Assembly (NCBI GenBank): GCA_010093605.1
Contig: MU004196.1
Span: 1,448,606-1,512,605, forward strand
Direction: 5' to 3'
Length of the DNA: 64,000 bases
DNA from: Lophium mytilinum
Lineage: Eukaryota
Below the pieces are notes generated by a model. The model ran no database searches, had not been told where the DNA came from, and saw only the letters and a program-made list of their open reading frames with translations. The translations under genes and the position numbers were made by a program. Shown here in pieces: positions 47,799-59,499 of the stretch (positions within the stretch are counted from its first letter, which is position 1; the number at the start of each line of letters is the position of its first letter).

Positions 47799-49757
47799 CG
47801 GGGATGGGGACGTGTTCGCTGCGCTGGGTTGTCGCTGTCGGAGGTGCCGCGGGCTAGCTGGCTGACTTGTGGGGAGTATTGTTTCTGGCGGGGACTGATG
47901 GGTGCTAGGGTACCTTAAGCCGTGCTCGGTGGGAAATGGCTGGGTGGGTGAAAGGAGGGGAGGAGAAAGGGGGTGGATTGCGTAGTACAGTGCATCACTA
48001 TAGATATCCATACACCCTTTTGCCGCTGTATGGCTGGCTTCAACACGCCGAAAACAATCCAGCCCGCTACGGGTACATTGCCAGCGTAGCTGTGCTCACT
48101 ACTTTACCACTATCTAGGGTTGCCCGCGCGGACCCAATCCCGCATTTCCTCTTCGTCCGGCAGGCTGGGAATACTATAATGGGGGTGGGGGGAAGTATTT
48201 TCAGCACTCAAACGTATAAGAGCGGAAACCGGGGTCCTTCTTGGGGGACTAGCTCTGGAGGACTTATAGTTGCCTCCTCATCTCTCAGACTTCTGGCTCC
48301 CTCGGCGTCGAAGAACCGGATGGCTTCAATCCCGCCGGCGATTCGGACGTGGCGGGAGCTTTTGCAGTGACGGGCGGGTTGGGTGGTCGTGGGCTGGGAT
48401 GATGATGGCGGGGAAACTTGTGCGGATATTTTGAGGTGGTTTATGCGGTGGTGAAGCAGTGTACGGGTGGCTATGATGAGGTCTTTATGTTAGACCTGGG
48501 ACAGAGGATATGCTTCTGGGATTCTGGTGTACAGCGTGTTGATGATGTCTGGAGTGCGCTCGGGAGGTTCCTGGGAGTCCAAAAGGTGACCAGCTGCGAG
48601 GATTAGTGCATGGGGGAAGATTGGATGGGGTGGCTGTGGGTTGGAGGTTATAGGATATCTATACGCGAGCGACACCATTGCGTGAGGAGTTTTGGGGACT
48701 TTTAGCACGATGGAAAGAGAGAGGTTTGGGGTTTTTGGATCATGAGGAAACTTGCGAGGGGACTTTAGATGGTGTGGATAGGTTGGACATGGATTGAAAG
48801 CCTGTCTGCTGGTCTTGGATTCTGGTAGTACGTTGCAGCTCGCCGTGTATTGGTAGAAGAGTGTATAGGTGTTTGGAGTCAGGCATTCTCCTTCATCCCC
48901 TAGCCCACAGAAACATCGAGAGTAGATCTTCTTTGCGGGTGTTTGCGCCGTGAGGTGCTGACGAGGCTGCTTTGGTGAAGCTTTGGATGCGGGTGTGGAG
49001 AATCTCTGAATGGGTTCGGTAAGGAGAATGAGTAAGTTGAGGAGTAGGTAGGGGGCTCCGTGATCTCGGTCAATTGTGAGCATCTTCGGCGCGAGTGCGA
49101 GGTGGTGCAGATCGAGCGTGACAAGTATTTATCTTAGACGATGGAAGTAAGATGAGAGCAGTCGAGGTGAATCCAAACATGCTTTTAAGCTTGTGGTGGG
49201 TCCACGAATGGGTTTCTCGGGTAATAGAGTGGGCGTGGAGTCGTGGCGCTTGAGATCTGGTCCGGGAAATGGGGTGGATATTAGGGTCTAGTTAGATGGG
49301 GACAGAGAGGGAACTGGGGTTGAAGAAGAGGGTTGGGGCCTTGGGAGTATGCGAATGGGGATTTCGGGACTCTGGTGTCGGGCCATCGGGCTTCGGAACG
49401 GACGTGCGGTGGGGAGAGGGGATATCAGGGGGAATGGGGATTGCCACTCTTGTGGTGAGTGGGAATGGGGCTGGGCTAGGAGGCGAAGGGAGATCGGGCA
49501 TGTTGGGTCGAAATGTTAGCGCAGATTTCAGGGGTTATACAATAATCATGTTGGATTTGTGTTGGGCTGAGTATCTATTCGCCGTTCTATACAGGAGGAC
49601 GTGGTGAATCTGGGACGGTAGACGGGTATGTGCTGACTAGCAGAAACTGTCACGTTGGATCATTAAAGGAGTAGAGGGTTTGAGTAGACAACCTCGGTGA
49701 AAGGAAGCAAGTGGAAAGAAAGAGAATGAAGATCTTTTGACTTGGAAGGAAGAAACA

Positions 49758-49987
49758 TACAGCGACTGGCCACGAGTGTGTGTACACTAGCTGCCACTGC
49801 TAGTGGTACCCTTATGAGTTTTCTGTACGATAGGTACAATGTCAAATACTGTGTAGCGTACTCTTAGCTACCTTTTGACTGAATAGCTTTGTGACAATGA
49901 AGCCGCCCTCGACAGCGGTATCCAGCTTCTAAAATCGGCGCTCCAGCAGTAGCATGTATGTGCCCAGACTTATGGCTTAGTACTGTA
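49758..49987 (+). mobile_element. MITE family A copy (diverged)
   Basis: TACAGCGACTGGCCACGAG ... GTGCCCAGACTTATGGCTTAGTACTGTA. Confidence 0.75.
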
Positions 49988-50130
49988 TTAGGCCTCGCAG
50001 ATGATCTCCTTCGGCCTTCCACTAGCATATCATTCAACGCTTGGTTTACGCCCACAAACTCCCTGCCTGCTTGCTTCTATTATAGAAGTAGTGCCTCGTT
50101 CAGGCCTGATCTGCAGCTATCTGGGCCGTC

Positions 50131-50811
50131 TCATTCCTGCTCCTCCAAGATAGCTGGCAAGAGGGGAACAGTGGACCTCGGGAGGTCGGTGGTCGGCTCG
50201 AGACTGATGATTGTGTCGTATAGTTCGTCTGAATACTCGGAGCGTAGTTCTCGTGAGACCGTCATCCAGCAGTTGCCCCATTCGACTCGCACCGAGCACG
50301 TTGGAGCTGGCGACATCTCCTTGCGTCCACCAGCCGGGTGTATGTGCGTATGAACTCTTCCAAAGACCCCAAAAACACCAAGTTCCTCGTCCTCGATATC
50401 TTTCTTATACCAAGTCGTCGTCAATCCGCCCTCTTGGTTGTATTCCATGTTAGGTAGAGGGTTGTAGTCGTCGCTCGAGGGGCTCCTCGGAAAACCAGCT
50501 CGTTGGTCGAAGGTCAAGAATTGGCGCTGTGAAGGCGAGAATTGGCGTTCTAAGCAAATCGAACTGCCGCTTGCAGTAGATGCTACAGCGCCAGTGGGAA
50601 AGCGGACGTCGATCTGGTCGTCGTCTTCGTGCTGGACGGTGAAGAGTACAAGCTTGGGATCTCCATCTGCGATTCTTGTGAAAGACCCTTCGAAAAGCTG
50701 CCTCGTGTACTTTGCGGGTCGACCCAAGTATCCGAAGTTGATGATGCATGGATTCGGTGCCGCTTTTGAGTTGGCGGGATTGTCTTGGTCATCTTGGTCT
50801 TGGTCGAGCAT
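50131..50811 (-). CDS. Hypothetical protein; distant RING-less member of the array ('IDVRFPTGAVA')
   Basis: 226-aa ATG ORF co-oriented with the array; weak motif similarity only. Confidence 0.55.
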   Translation of the reverse strand: MLDQDQDDQDNPANSKAAPNPCIINFGYLGRPAKYTRQLFEGSFTRIADGDPKLVLFTVQHEDDDQIDVRFPTGAVASTASGSSICLERQFSPSQRQFLTFDQRAGFPRSPSSDDYNPLPNMEYNQEGGLTTTWYKKDIEDEELGVFGVFGRVHTHIHPAGGRKEMSPAPTCSVRVEWGNCWMTVSRELRSEYSDELYDTIISLEPTTDLPRSTVPLLPAILEEQE

Positions 50812-51063
50812 GATTCCGGTTGAATGAGGGGATTTTGGTCCGCCCCTTGCTGTTGCAAATAATGAGAGGGGGTAAGGTGATTACTTGATGTGTTGAGCTC
50901 CCAAAAAACGCAGAGTGAGCAATGGAAAGCAAATAAAGGTGACATTCAGGGCTCTGGAGTGCCCCATGCACGCTAGTCTCGGCAGTCCGCTTGAGCTCGG
51001 GAGGGTCAGCGCCCCGGTGAATGTAAGGCTAAGAGGGGGGTGGGAGGCATATTGAACCCCGCA

Positions 51064-51278
51064 TACAGGAGCTTCCGCCCTTCGTTCGCCATTGTTAGGG
51101 GTACCTCCCAGGAATTCAAAGTACCCCTAATGGCAAGTATTGACCAGTGCAAACTAGACTGCCTCTTGACTAGATAGCCTCTAAGCAGCTAGGCTACCCC
51201 TTACAGTGGTGGCGAGGGAGCAAGATTCGGGCCAAGCAGTGGCAAATCCGTATGCTCAGACCTATGATCTAGTACTGT
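51064..51278 (+). mobile_element. MITE family A copy
   Basis: cagtgcaaactagactgcctcttgact...taggctaccccttacagtggtg...tatgctcagacctatgatctagtactgt. Confidence 0.72.
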
Positions 51279-51527
51279 TTTCTAGCAATATGTTATTATC
51301 AAATCATGTCACCAACTCTTCAAGGCGGGAATTTCAGAGGTAATGGTTTTATTAGTAAAGGTGTAGTGGACATCGAGGTCCCAGAATTCGCTTTGGAGCT
51401 CCTACTTCGTAGACTTTGCGTGGACTGGTTTGGCATAATGAACCGAGAGCTAAGCGTTGCCGTAGCTAAGTAAACACTATGTCATCATTGGCAAAGAACC
51501 ATCCAACTGCGCGGGGTATCCGCCAGT

Positions 51528-52256
51528 CTATCCTTGAATCCAAGCCCTGCAATTGGGGCATCGAGCCCCTGAAGCACTTGAAGGATGCCCGATCACCGCT
51601 AGTATGCATTTCTCCCCAAAGTAGTGCCCACAGCGAAGCCGAACAGCAACATGATCCTCGTCGTAATGCTCTAAGCAAATAGCGCAGTCATCAACACGTT
51701 TGAAAAGTTCGGCCTGTTGTGTTGGTTCGTTGCCCTCTTTGTCAACGCAGTGGATCAGCAAATGGTCTTCCAATCCCGCAATGACAATCATGTTTCGCCC
51801 TTTATGCTCAAGAACTAAGGTGGGATTGCCCTTGGCGTAGACAACATTCAGATAGTCGTTTCCGTGGGCCCTGGAAGGCGTGATATGAAACACCTCATTT
51901 GATCCCACCCAGGTGTGCTCGAGTAGCGCTCGCATTTCCTCAGTATCAGACTGAGCAAAGCCAACGTCCTTGTCGCCGCGGGCCAACTTGACTTTTGTAG
52001 TCAAGAGGTCCACCCCGTTCAGTGGCGTCACAGGCGGTTCACCGAACCAGAGCCGTGCGGTTACATCCTTACGAATGAAGACCCACACTTGCTGGGGTCG
52101 GCGGGGAGCTCTCCGAACTGTTATGGCGTTGTCTAGGACCCTTTTCGTCTGGAAGCCCACCCGGCCATCCCTAACGTCAGGCAGAGCCACGTTTTGGGTG
52201 CCATGACTGTCTGACATCATGATGTGGCCAGGGCTTTCGCTCATATTCGACGACAT
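51528..52256 (-). CDS. RING finger protein (putative E3 ubiquitin ligase)
   Basis: C-terminal CAICLEHYDEDHVAVRLRCGHYFGEKC...CPNCR. Confidence 0.85.
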   Translation of the reverse strand: MSSNMSESPGHIMMSDSHGTQNVALPDVRDGRVGFQTKRVLDNAITVRRAPRRPQQVWVFIRKDVTARLWFGEPPVTPLNGVDLLTTKVKLARGDKDVGFAQSDTEEMRALLEHTWVGSNEVFHITPSRAHGNDYLNVVYAKGNPTLVLEHKGRNMIVIAGLEDHLLIHCVDKEGNEPTQQAELFKRVDDCAICLEHYDEDHVAVRLRCGHYFGEKCILAVIGHPSSASGARCPNCRAWIQG

Positions 52257-52676
52257 GGTTGGTAGATGAATACACAAGAAAAGCAAACTGGTTTGGATGA
52301 AGGTGTAAAGTTAGAGTGCGAGCTGGGCAAGGAAGGGTTCTTATGCTCTTGAGGTCAAGCACTTGTACTTACTTCACGTACTTACTTCACCCAGCGGCAA
52401 CAGTCTCATTCAAGATCAACAATAACATTGTGCTTACTCGTCGCCCCAGAAGGTGAGGTAGTGGACAGACGAGATCTCGATATTGTTATGACAGAACAAA
52501 AACTTGAGCTCGAATAGTGAGCGGCAAGACCGAAGAAAACAGAATGCTCTACGCTATTCATCGTCTACCATATGAACACACCGGCATTCTTTGAGTTCAG
52601 AGTCCATAGAGTCGGTTACGACTTGGCGAGAATAGTAGACGTCAACTCAAATAATGACAAATACGCCAAGTCTCTC

Positions 52677-53477
52677 CTAGGTCCGTGAATTCTTCGGCCG
52701 TCGAGTGCCCTGGAACATCGGAGTCCGGCAGATAGGACAAAGGCTTGAAGTTGCAGTTTCTACGAGTTCTTTCAGACAATTCTTTCCATAAACGTGTCCG
52801 CATGGAACACGATATGGACGGTGATCTTTATCCCAGTCCTGATAACAAATAGCGCATTGATCTAGCTCAGTAGCAAAATCATCCACCTTAATCTCTCGAG
52901 TCCACTCTAGCGATACATCCCGAGTGTTTTGAGTCCCCGGAACCGGAAGCGAAATCGTTTCACGCAGTTGAATACGATCTTCCGGGCTGACTACAATCAT
53001 GACAGCTGTATCTCTGTACTGGAAGACAACGGTTGGATTGCCAGTGACCAGAATGACCCTCATATGGCCCCATTTATAAACGGGATATGCCCCCAATTGG
53101 GCCTCGGGGTCCAAAATCCAGCCATGGAATATCAGAGAGTCCACTGTATGTGGGTTGTCATGTGCAATGATAACCGGGTCAGACATTGCACTCCCAGGTT
53201 GGCGTGTCATACGAATGCTTGGCTCGCCAGGGCCTGTGCTGACGACTCTTTCCATAGTGAATTCAACTCGTATGTCGGCGTACTTCTCAATCAAGAGCCC
53301 GGCACTACCAAGGTAATGAAGGAACATTCCACGGTCGTCTTCGCCTGGGAGCTCACGGTTCCGAACACTGAGAGCCCTCGAGGTGAGGGTCCGTGTGACG
53401 ATGAAGGCGCGGCCGGGAATGCGGGTTTGCTGAGTTAGTAACTCTAGAGCTGGGCTGGACTCCGCTCGTGGATTCAT
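52677..53477 (-). CDS. RING finger protein (putative E3 ubiquitin ligase)
   Basis: CAICYQDWDKDHRPYRVPCGHVYGKNC...CPICR. Confidence 0.85.
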   Translation of the reverse strand: MNPRAESSPALELLTQQTRIPGRAFIVTRTLTSRALSVRNRELPGEDDRGMFLHYLGSAGLLIEKYADIRVEFTMERVVSTGPGEPSIRMTRQPGSAMSDPVIIAHDNPHTVDSLIFHGWILDPEAQLGAYPVYKWGHMRVILVTGNPTVVFQYRDTAVMIVVSPEDRIQLRETISLPVPGTQNTRDVSLEWTREIKVDDFATELDQCAICYQDWDKDHRPYRVPCGHVYGKNCLKELVETATSSLCPICRTPMFQGTRRPKNSRT

Positions 53478-53905
53478 CCTGAGGGTTTTATGCTTCAAGT
53501 AATATTTATGTCGTTGCCGCGCAAGTCAGATCCTGTGGTGGCGGAAGATGTGTTGACGTCCTTGTTGTGGGGATGAGAGATAAGTTCGAAGAGATGACGA
53601 AGCGGGAGCACTTATATGTGAGAATTGAGGCGACTAGTGAAACGAGAGCTGTCGTTGCAGGTGAATGCTCGAGGAGGTGAGCTAATACTGAAATGACTAC
53701 ACATTCGCTGCCTGCATACTAGACTATGCAACGAACCGTAGGGTGAATAAGAGGTCTCGAGCCACTTGACTAACATGGTTTCCCACTACAAACGAGCACT
53801 AGCGCTAGTGTCGCTATTGATCTGGTAGCCGTAAATCGAAGGCCCTGGAACGATTCAACGGTATCGGAAAGGCTACCTATGAAGGCATAATTAGAGGCAG
53901 GTGTC

Positions 53906-54136
53906 CACGCGGGGCATGAAAAAAGTGGCACACTTACCCACATTCTACCTCCTATGCACCTGTCTGCTGCTGTTGTGGTGCTTCGATGCATTTGAAGAAG
54001 ATACGAATAAGCTGATTACTATTAGCTTTGGTAATCTGAAAACTTATCAAAATACTCCAAGCAGTGGCAGACAGGTGTATATTTGACCGTAAAAGACAGA
54101 TCTTAATGAGTGTGCCTCTTTTTTATGACCAGGGTG
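53906..54136 (-). mobile_element. MITE family B, internally deleted copy in opposite orientation
   Basis: CACGCGGGGCATGAAAAAAGTGGCACACT ... GTGTGCCTCTTTTTTATGACCAGGGTG; flanks GTGTC / GCGTT. Confidence 0.75.
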
Positions 54137-54826
54137 GCGTTAAAACCTGGACATTTCAGGGGATGTATGGACTTATAAGGCCTAAAGATGCGTTTTGTGT
54201 ATGGCGCTCTGCAAATATTAGGCTAGGCTTGAAAGGATGTGAATGCACCACTCGAACAGTTGATGGATTGGAAACTACCAGCCATCATTGCTGGAGATTC
54301 TAGGATTTCAACGAACCGAAAGATTTCATCGTTCTTGTCACATACTACTGAGTTCTAGTTTACAATATCTAGTGCATAATAGAAGGTGGCGGAGATATAT
54401 TCAGAGCTCAAGAAAACATAAGAAATCCTACCGCAGACTGTAAATTGCGTTTTTTTTGCATGGCCAGTAAACGCAGCTACTAAGCCATTAAATCAAATCT
54501 CGGAGAAGGAAGTGGCGGGGCAGGGGCACTGGCTCACGATAGGATCACTAGGTGAAAATCATCACAGTGGCATATAGAAAAGCTCCTTGGGGTAATTGTA
54601 TGTATTGAGATGTCTGAAACATTGCAGTGCACTATACAGAGAAGAAAGGCAACGTAAACTTGAACAGGTGGCTGTTTTCGTCTTTTGCATCCATACGACT
54701 TTTCGTTGAAGCTGGGAACCAATCAGGCAGTCTAGGCTGAGAAATTTGAACTACAGCGCGCATGAATACGGTGACAACCAGGAGAATATCTCCAGCAGTA
54801 TCCTCTGAAATCAAGATCAGGAAACC

Positions 54827-55747
54827 TTAACCTCGAACGGCCTGGCGCTCCTTCTTTTTGAAGAGTTGGACACGGCAGTTCGGGCAAGTGTTGGAGGCAG
54901 CGAACCGGTGATTGAACATGACCGAAAGGCACTCCTCTCCAAAAATATGACCACAAGCATTTAATTTGACCGCGCGGTGGCCAACACCATACTGAGCATC
55001 CTGGCAGATGCTGCACTCGGGAAGATCTTTTTCGTCGGTAGGTTTGGCGAGCTCATCGACATTGGTGCGAGGACCGACGAACTCGAGAGGAACATCCTCC
55101 AAAGCCCCAGTTGGCATTTCCCAGATTTCCTCCTCAGAAGGGGAGTCATCGGGCGTCGCAGCTTGAGCCGCCCGGTGGTTTCCACCGCGAAGTCGACGCC
55201 AAACATTGCTGAAGCGCCGATGTCGAGCATGCTCATTTTGGCCGCTGGTGTCTTGGAGCTCGGTCTCGTCCTCGGGCTCGAGGCATTCCAGAGCGATCAC
55301 GCCATTCGTACGGACGCGGACTGATTGCTCGCCAAACTCAAAGACCGTAGTAGCTGGGCCCTTGGTGACCATACGCTTGTCAGTATCGTTCACGCGCTCA
55401 AGCCGAAAGTCCCGGAGGCCGGCATATGGGTTCCGACCATGGGGGAATTGGAGTCGTTCTCGAGCACGAGTCGCTGGAAGAATTGTCCGAACGTCGCGGG
55501 GGACAGTCGCTTCTCCATACCAACGCTTGACTATGGCTTCGCGGGGAAACAGAATATGGAGATCGCCATGTTGAGCCGCGTCGCCGTCGGCATGGATCAC
55601 AAGATTGCCATACGTGCAAGTACCTTCCACATGGAGATTCTTCATCACTCCACCGGTAAGTGCTTCGGATGGTCGAAGGATGATGTTTGCCGCGGGGGGA
55701 CGAGTGCTGTCGTCGACAACATTAAGAGTAGAAGTAGAAGCCGCCAT
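54827..55747 (-). CDS. RING finger protein with N-terminal array domain
   Basis: CSICQDAQYGVGHRAVKLNACGHIFGEEC...CPNCR; N-terminal 'LHILFPREAIV...GPATTVFEF'. Confidence 0.87.
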   Translation of the reverse strand: MAASTSTLNVVDDSTRPPAANIILRPSEALTGGVMKNLHVEGTCTYGNLVIHADGDAAQHGDLHILFPREAIVKRWYGEATVPRDVRTILPATRARERLQFPHGRNPYAGLRDFRLERVNDTDKRMVTKGPATTVFEFGEQSVRVRTNGVIALECLEPEDETELQDTSGQNEHARHRRFSNVWRRLRGGNHRAAQAATPDDSPSEEEIWEMPTGALEDVPLEFVGPRTNVDELAKPTDEKDLPECSICQDAQYGVGHRAVKLNACGHIFGEECLSVMFNHRFAASNTCPNCRVQLFKKKERQAVRG

Positions 55748-56102
55748 GGTGGAGTCTGTATTAGATACTTGTAAGTTCTGTTGAGGGTACTGGTGTTGGT
55801 GTGATAGAAAAGGATTTGGTGGGTGTGGTGTGCTTGACTGAGGGAAGTGATAATGAGGACGGACACGAGCAGAGAGACCTGGCTTTATGCACTCCTCAGG
55901 GGGTGAAAGTGCCCCCATAAGGTGAATTGAAGCGTCACAATGTCTTTCTCGGAGCAGTAACCATGCTGAGAGCACCTGCAGTGAACGTCATGGTGCATCT
56001 TTCCGATTGTACAATGTATAGTCGGACATTTTACGGGTGGCAGGTAAGATGAGGTAGCTTCTACACTATACGTTGTGCAGACGTGTGATTGAGACGAAGA
56101 GC

Positions 56103-56332
56103 TACAGTGACAAGCCACAAGTCTGGTCACACTGGTACGCCACTGATTGGGGTACCCCAACAAAGTTTTGAGGACTTAAAGGTGATTTTAACCTTCAAGC
56201 AGTGTGTATTAGACTGCCTCTTAAGCACTTGCCTGCTCAGCAGCCAGGCTACCCGAACAGTGGTGTTGAGTTGGCAAATTTGAGCCGAGATATAATGAGT
56301 CCATGTGCCCAGATTTGTGGCCTAGGACTGTG
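56103..56332 (+). mobile_element. MITE family A copy (well preserved)
   Basis: TACAGTGACAAGCCACAAGTCTGGTCACAC ... GTGCCCAGATTTGTGGCCTAGGACTGTG. Confidence 0.85.
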
Positions 56333-56617
56333 AGAACGTTGACGTGTACGTAGCATGAAGCTTAAGGCATGTAGAACTGCATTGCGAAGACGAAATATAC
56401 GGGGATAGGCCGCAAGAGAAGACAAAAGCAAAGGCAAATGGTCATAGGGAACTTGCACAAGGTACGTGAAGTGGAACGAGAAGAAGATTCAATTTAGCTA
56501 AGTCTATGCTTGCGAACTGTCCACATGAGCTTGGAGACAATTTAGAGCTCGAGATATGGGAGAAGATTGAGACGGGGAAGACCACTCGACGCATAGCGAT
56601 TCTCTCTTGAGACCCCT

Positions 56618-57163
56618 CTATGGCGAGGGAGGTGAGAAGAAAGTGTTGGGCCAGTCGTGGGGGAAAGGCGGCGATGATGAGGATGCGGAAGATGGCAACA
56701 CCGGCCGAGATTCGCGCTCCGCGAAAAGTTCGACGCGGCAAAATGGGCATCGGTTCAACACTGGATCGGTGGTACTTGCCATCAGCTTCAAGCACTCATC
56801 GCCGAACACGTGCTTGCATGCCTTTAGAACCATCGGGAGATGGCCATTGCCATAGTCTTCCAGACAGATGCTGCATCTATCGAGGCCGTTGGCCACCTCT
56901 TCTGGTGAACAAGATCTGGCGAAGGTGTTGATATCGATGGGTTCATCCACATACTCCCGCTCTACGTCTTCCAGTTCCTCGGGAACCTCATCTTCGTCAT
57001 CTGTAAGGGACGGAGCGGGACCCTGCATATCAAGGGTGATCTCGCTGTGAGGGCCAAAACGATCGATGTCATCACACCTCATTTCATACTCGTCCGAGAT
57101 CTCGGAATTGGGGCCTAACACGGTGACGATAGCTGAGGATCGGGGCTCAATGTTTCCTTCCAT
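56618..57163 (-). CDS. RING finger protein (short N-terminus)
   Basis: CSICLEDYGNGHLPMVLKACKHVFGDEC...CPFCR. Confidence 0.85.
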   Translation of the reverse strand: MEGNIEPRSSAIVTVLGPNSEISDEYEMRCDDIDRFGPHSEITLDMQGPAPSLTDDEDEVPEELEDVEREYVDEPIDINTFARSCSPEEVANGLDRCSICLEDYGNGHLPMVLKACKHVFGDECLKLMASTTDPVLNRCPFCRVELFAERESRPVLPSSASSSSPPFPHDWPNTFFSPPSP

Positions 57164-57800
57164 GACTTTGTTAGTGTTAGTGAAGAAGAGAACGAGATTG
57201 AAAGACGGAAAGTAGAGAAATTTGGAGATGTTCATATGTACAAAAATACAATGTTTGACTGTAAATTATATGTATATACATATGGTCAGATTGTAATGAC
57301 TTGATATGGCATCCTTGGATTACGATAGTTGTACCATTTACATTGAAAATTATGCCGCAAAGCTATTATATGTCTCGCCGCAAGATGTTACATCGTATGA
57401 CGACATTAATTCAAAGTAACTCTGATACGCGTCGATCAGAAGACGCGGTATAGTAGAGAAAGTGAAAGATGTGCGGAGATGACAAGCTGCGATAGTGGAT
57501 AATGTAGATAGCTAATTCAAAACTGAAAATCATATAGCGGTAAACGCGGATTGTTACATGTAACAGTGCATAAAAGTCACCAGAATTTCAGACTTTACAA
57601 TAGAGGTTATGAGGATGTGGATGTTAAAGTGATTTATTGGAAAATATCGAAGGAAAGAAACTGGCCTATGAGCTTGGGTCAATTTAGTGAGCTCTTAGGG
57701 AAGACAATGAGAGATCTTGGACCTCAATGGATCCTGAGTGCGAAGCAAAAGCTCTAGAGCTGAAGCTTAGTTCTTACTTGGCGAGATAGGAACCATTGAC

Positions 57801-58733
57801 TTAGTAGAGATCGTGAAGACACACGAGCCTATCTACAAGATGCTGCTCGTGTTCAGTCAGAACACCCTCTAGCGGCAACTCCATGAGCCGGCGCGCCTCC
57901 ATTTCAAGGACTGTGAGCGCGAAGCCTGAAGCTCTTGCTGTATAATCTTCGGTCTTGGGCGCCACATCCTTGGTAGGCACGTCGTGGTCATCTCGATAGA
58001 TGGGCACACCGTCGACCTCTACGTTAGGGATCGGTGTATCGCCATGTGGTGTCGGGTGGCGGTCTTCGACTTTCCGTCGAACCATGACCCGGTTCACCGA
58101 CCGCTTGAAACGGCCCTATCGCACGGTACCTGTAGGACGTGGGCGTTGGACCAAAGCTGGGTTATTGGTGTTTTGGGGCTCATCGATATTCCCCGGCTGC
58201 ATGGCCCCATTATCCCTTTGGAATAAGAGAGTCATGGCTCTGCGCAAAGATTCTTGCCGTTCTAGTGGTACACTCACCCTCAACGGTATGATCATCCACG
58301 GCGCGCGTAGCTTGATCGTGACGCCATCCATTTGGATCACCAAAGCTGGGGCGGCCATCGGTATCATGTACCGCCGACCTTCGGGAGATTCCTCGATACT
58401 CCAAGCGGCATTTTGGTCATCCGTGCCACTGTCGGATTCTGGATCACGAACAATAGCGTAAATATCGCTATCAATTGGCACGTTGCCCGGCATGATGCGG
58501 GCATCGGCGTCATGTGGGAAGAGGATTTCAACCTCTTTTTCGGACCAAGCTGGGCCCGCGTGTGCTCTGATGACAAGAGCTGGCCCGACAAGGCTATCTC
58601 CGGGGCGGAATTCGTACATGACGGTCTGGGCCCCGGAAGAGATGGAGACTGTTCCAACAACGGGAATATCTCGGTCAGGAATGATGTCCTTTGGATGATA
58701 CCTGAAAAGTTCCAGGAGATTCTGATAAACCAT
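57801..58733 (-). pseudogene. RING-less array paralogue interrupted by a single in-frame TAG at 58116-58118
   Basis: ORFs 58116-58733 and 57801-58097 share a frame; both halves align with the 59500-60390 protein. Confidence 0.78.
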
Positions 58734-59499
58734 GAAAAAGATTTTCTTTTTTAAACAAGTCTGAATTTACCGGTTGGCATGGTTGAAGTCTCGAGGTGTG
58801 GTTTTTGGGCTTCTTCGATCTTACGGATGTGGTTGAAGTTCTGATATGTTTGTGGCGAGCTTTTTAGAGCTTGCACGAAACTTCGCGAGTGTTTGTTGGC
58901 AAAATTTGAAGGACATATACGACCCAGGAGCTGTCTAAGTGTACGAGCTTCGCAGGAAATGTGAAGTTACATCTCGAAAAGAGGCATTGTATAAGAATGT
59001 TAGAATAGTATAGATCAGGGAACCACGTGTGAGTTAATATGTGCACGTACAATGATAAGGTAAGGTCTGAAAAGAAAATTGAGCTCCGCGTGAGTTCAGC
59101 GCAAGCCACATGGTGATATGGTTCAGAAGAAGACGCTCGATCATAGCTGTGAACGTCTGTCGAGAGGAAAGAATCGAGAATATGGTGTCACCGTCTACCT
59201 GCCACAAACGGAAAAGGGTCACCTAGCGGAGGAGAGAAAGCAGAGAACGATACTCAACGAGATGCTGCTCAAAGAAATAGGTCAATGTGAGAGGAAATAA
59301 TGAGTTGTTTGAATTATAGAGGAAGGAAGCATCAGATGTTGCAGTATAGAAGGGCATTTGAGTGCGAGAAGAATTTATTTGAGATTACTTTTGAAGAATG
59401 ACAGACCTAAGAGCTAGCGTCCATCATGAGGCCTGAGAAGAACCAAAGCTGGACAGCCGAAGCTCACTTGTGGGATGATAGCGTGGTAGATTCATTCAC

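Noticed and set aside
48208..49501. Possible multi-exon minus-strand gene starting MPDLPSPPSP
   Set aside because: Could not assemble a confident splice model or recognise a domain
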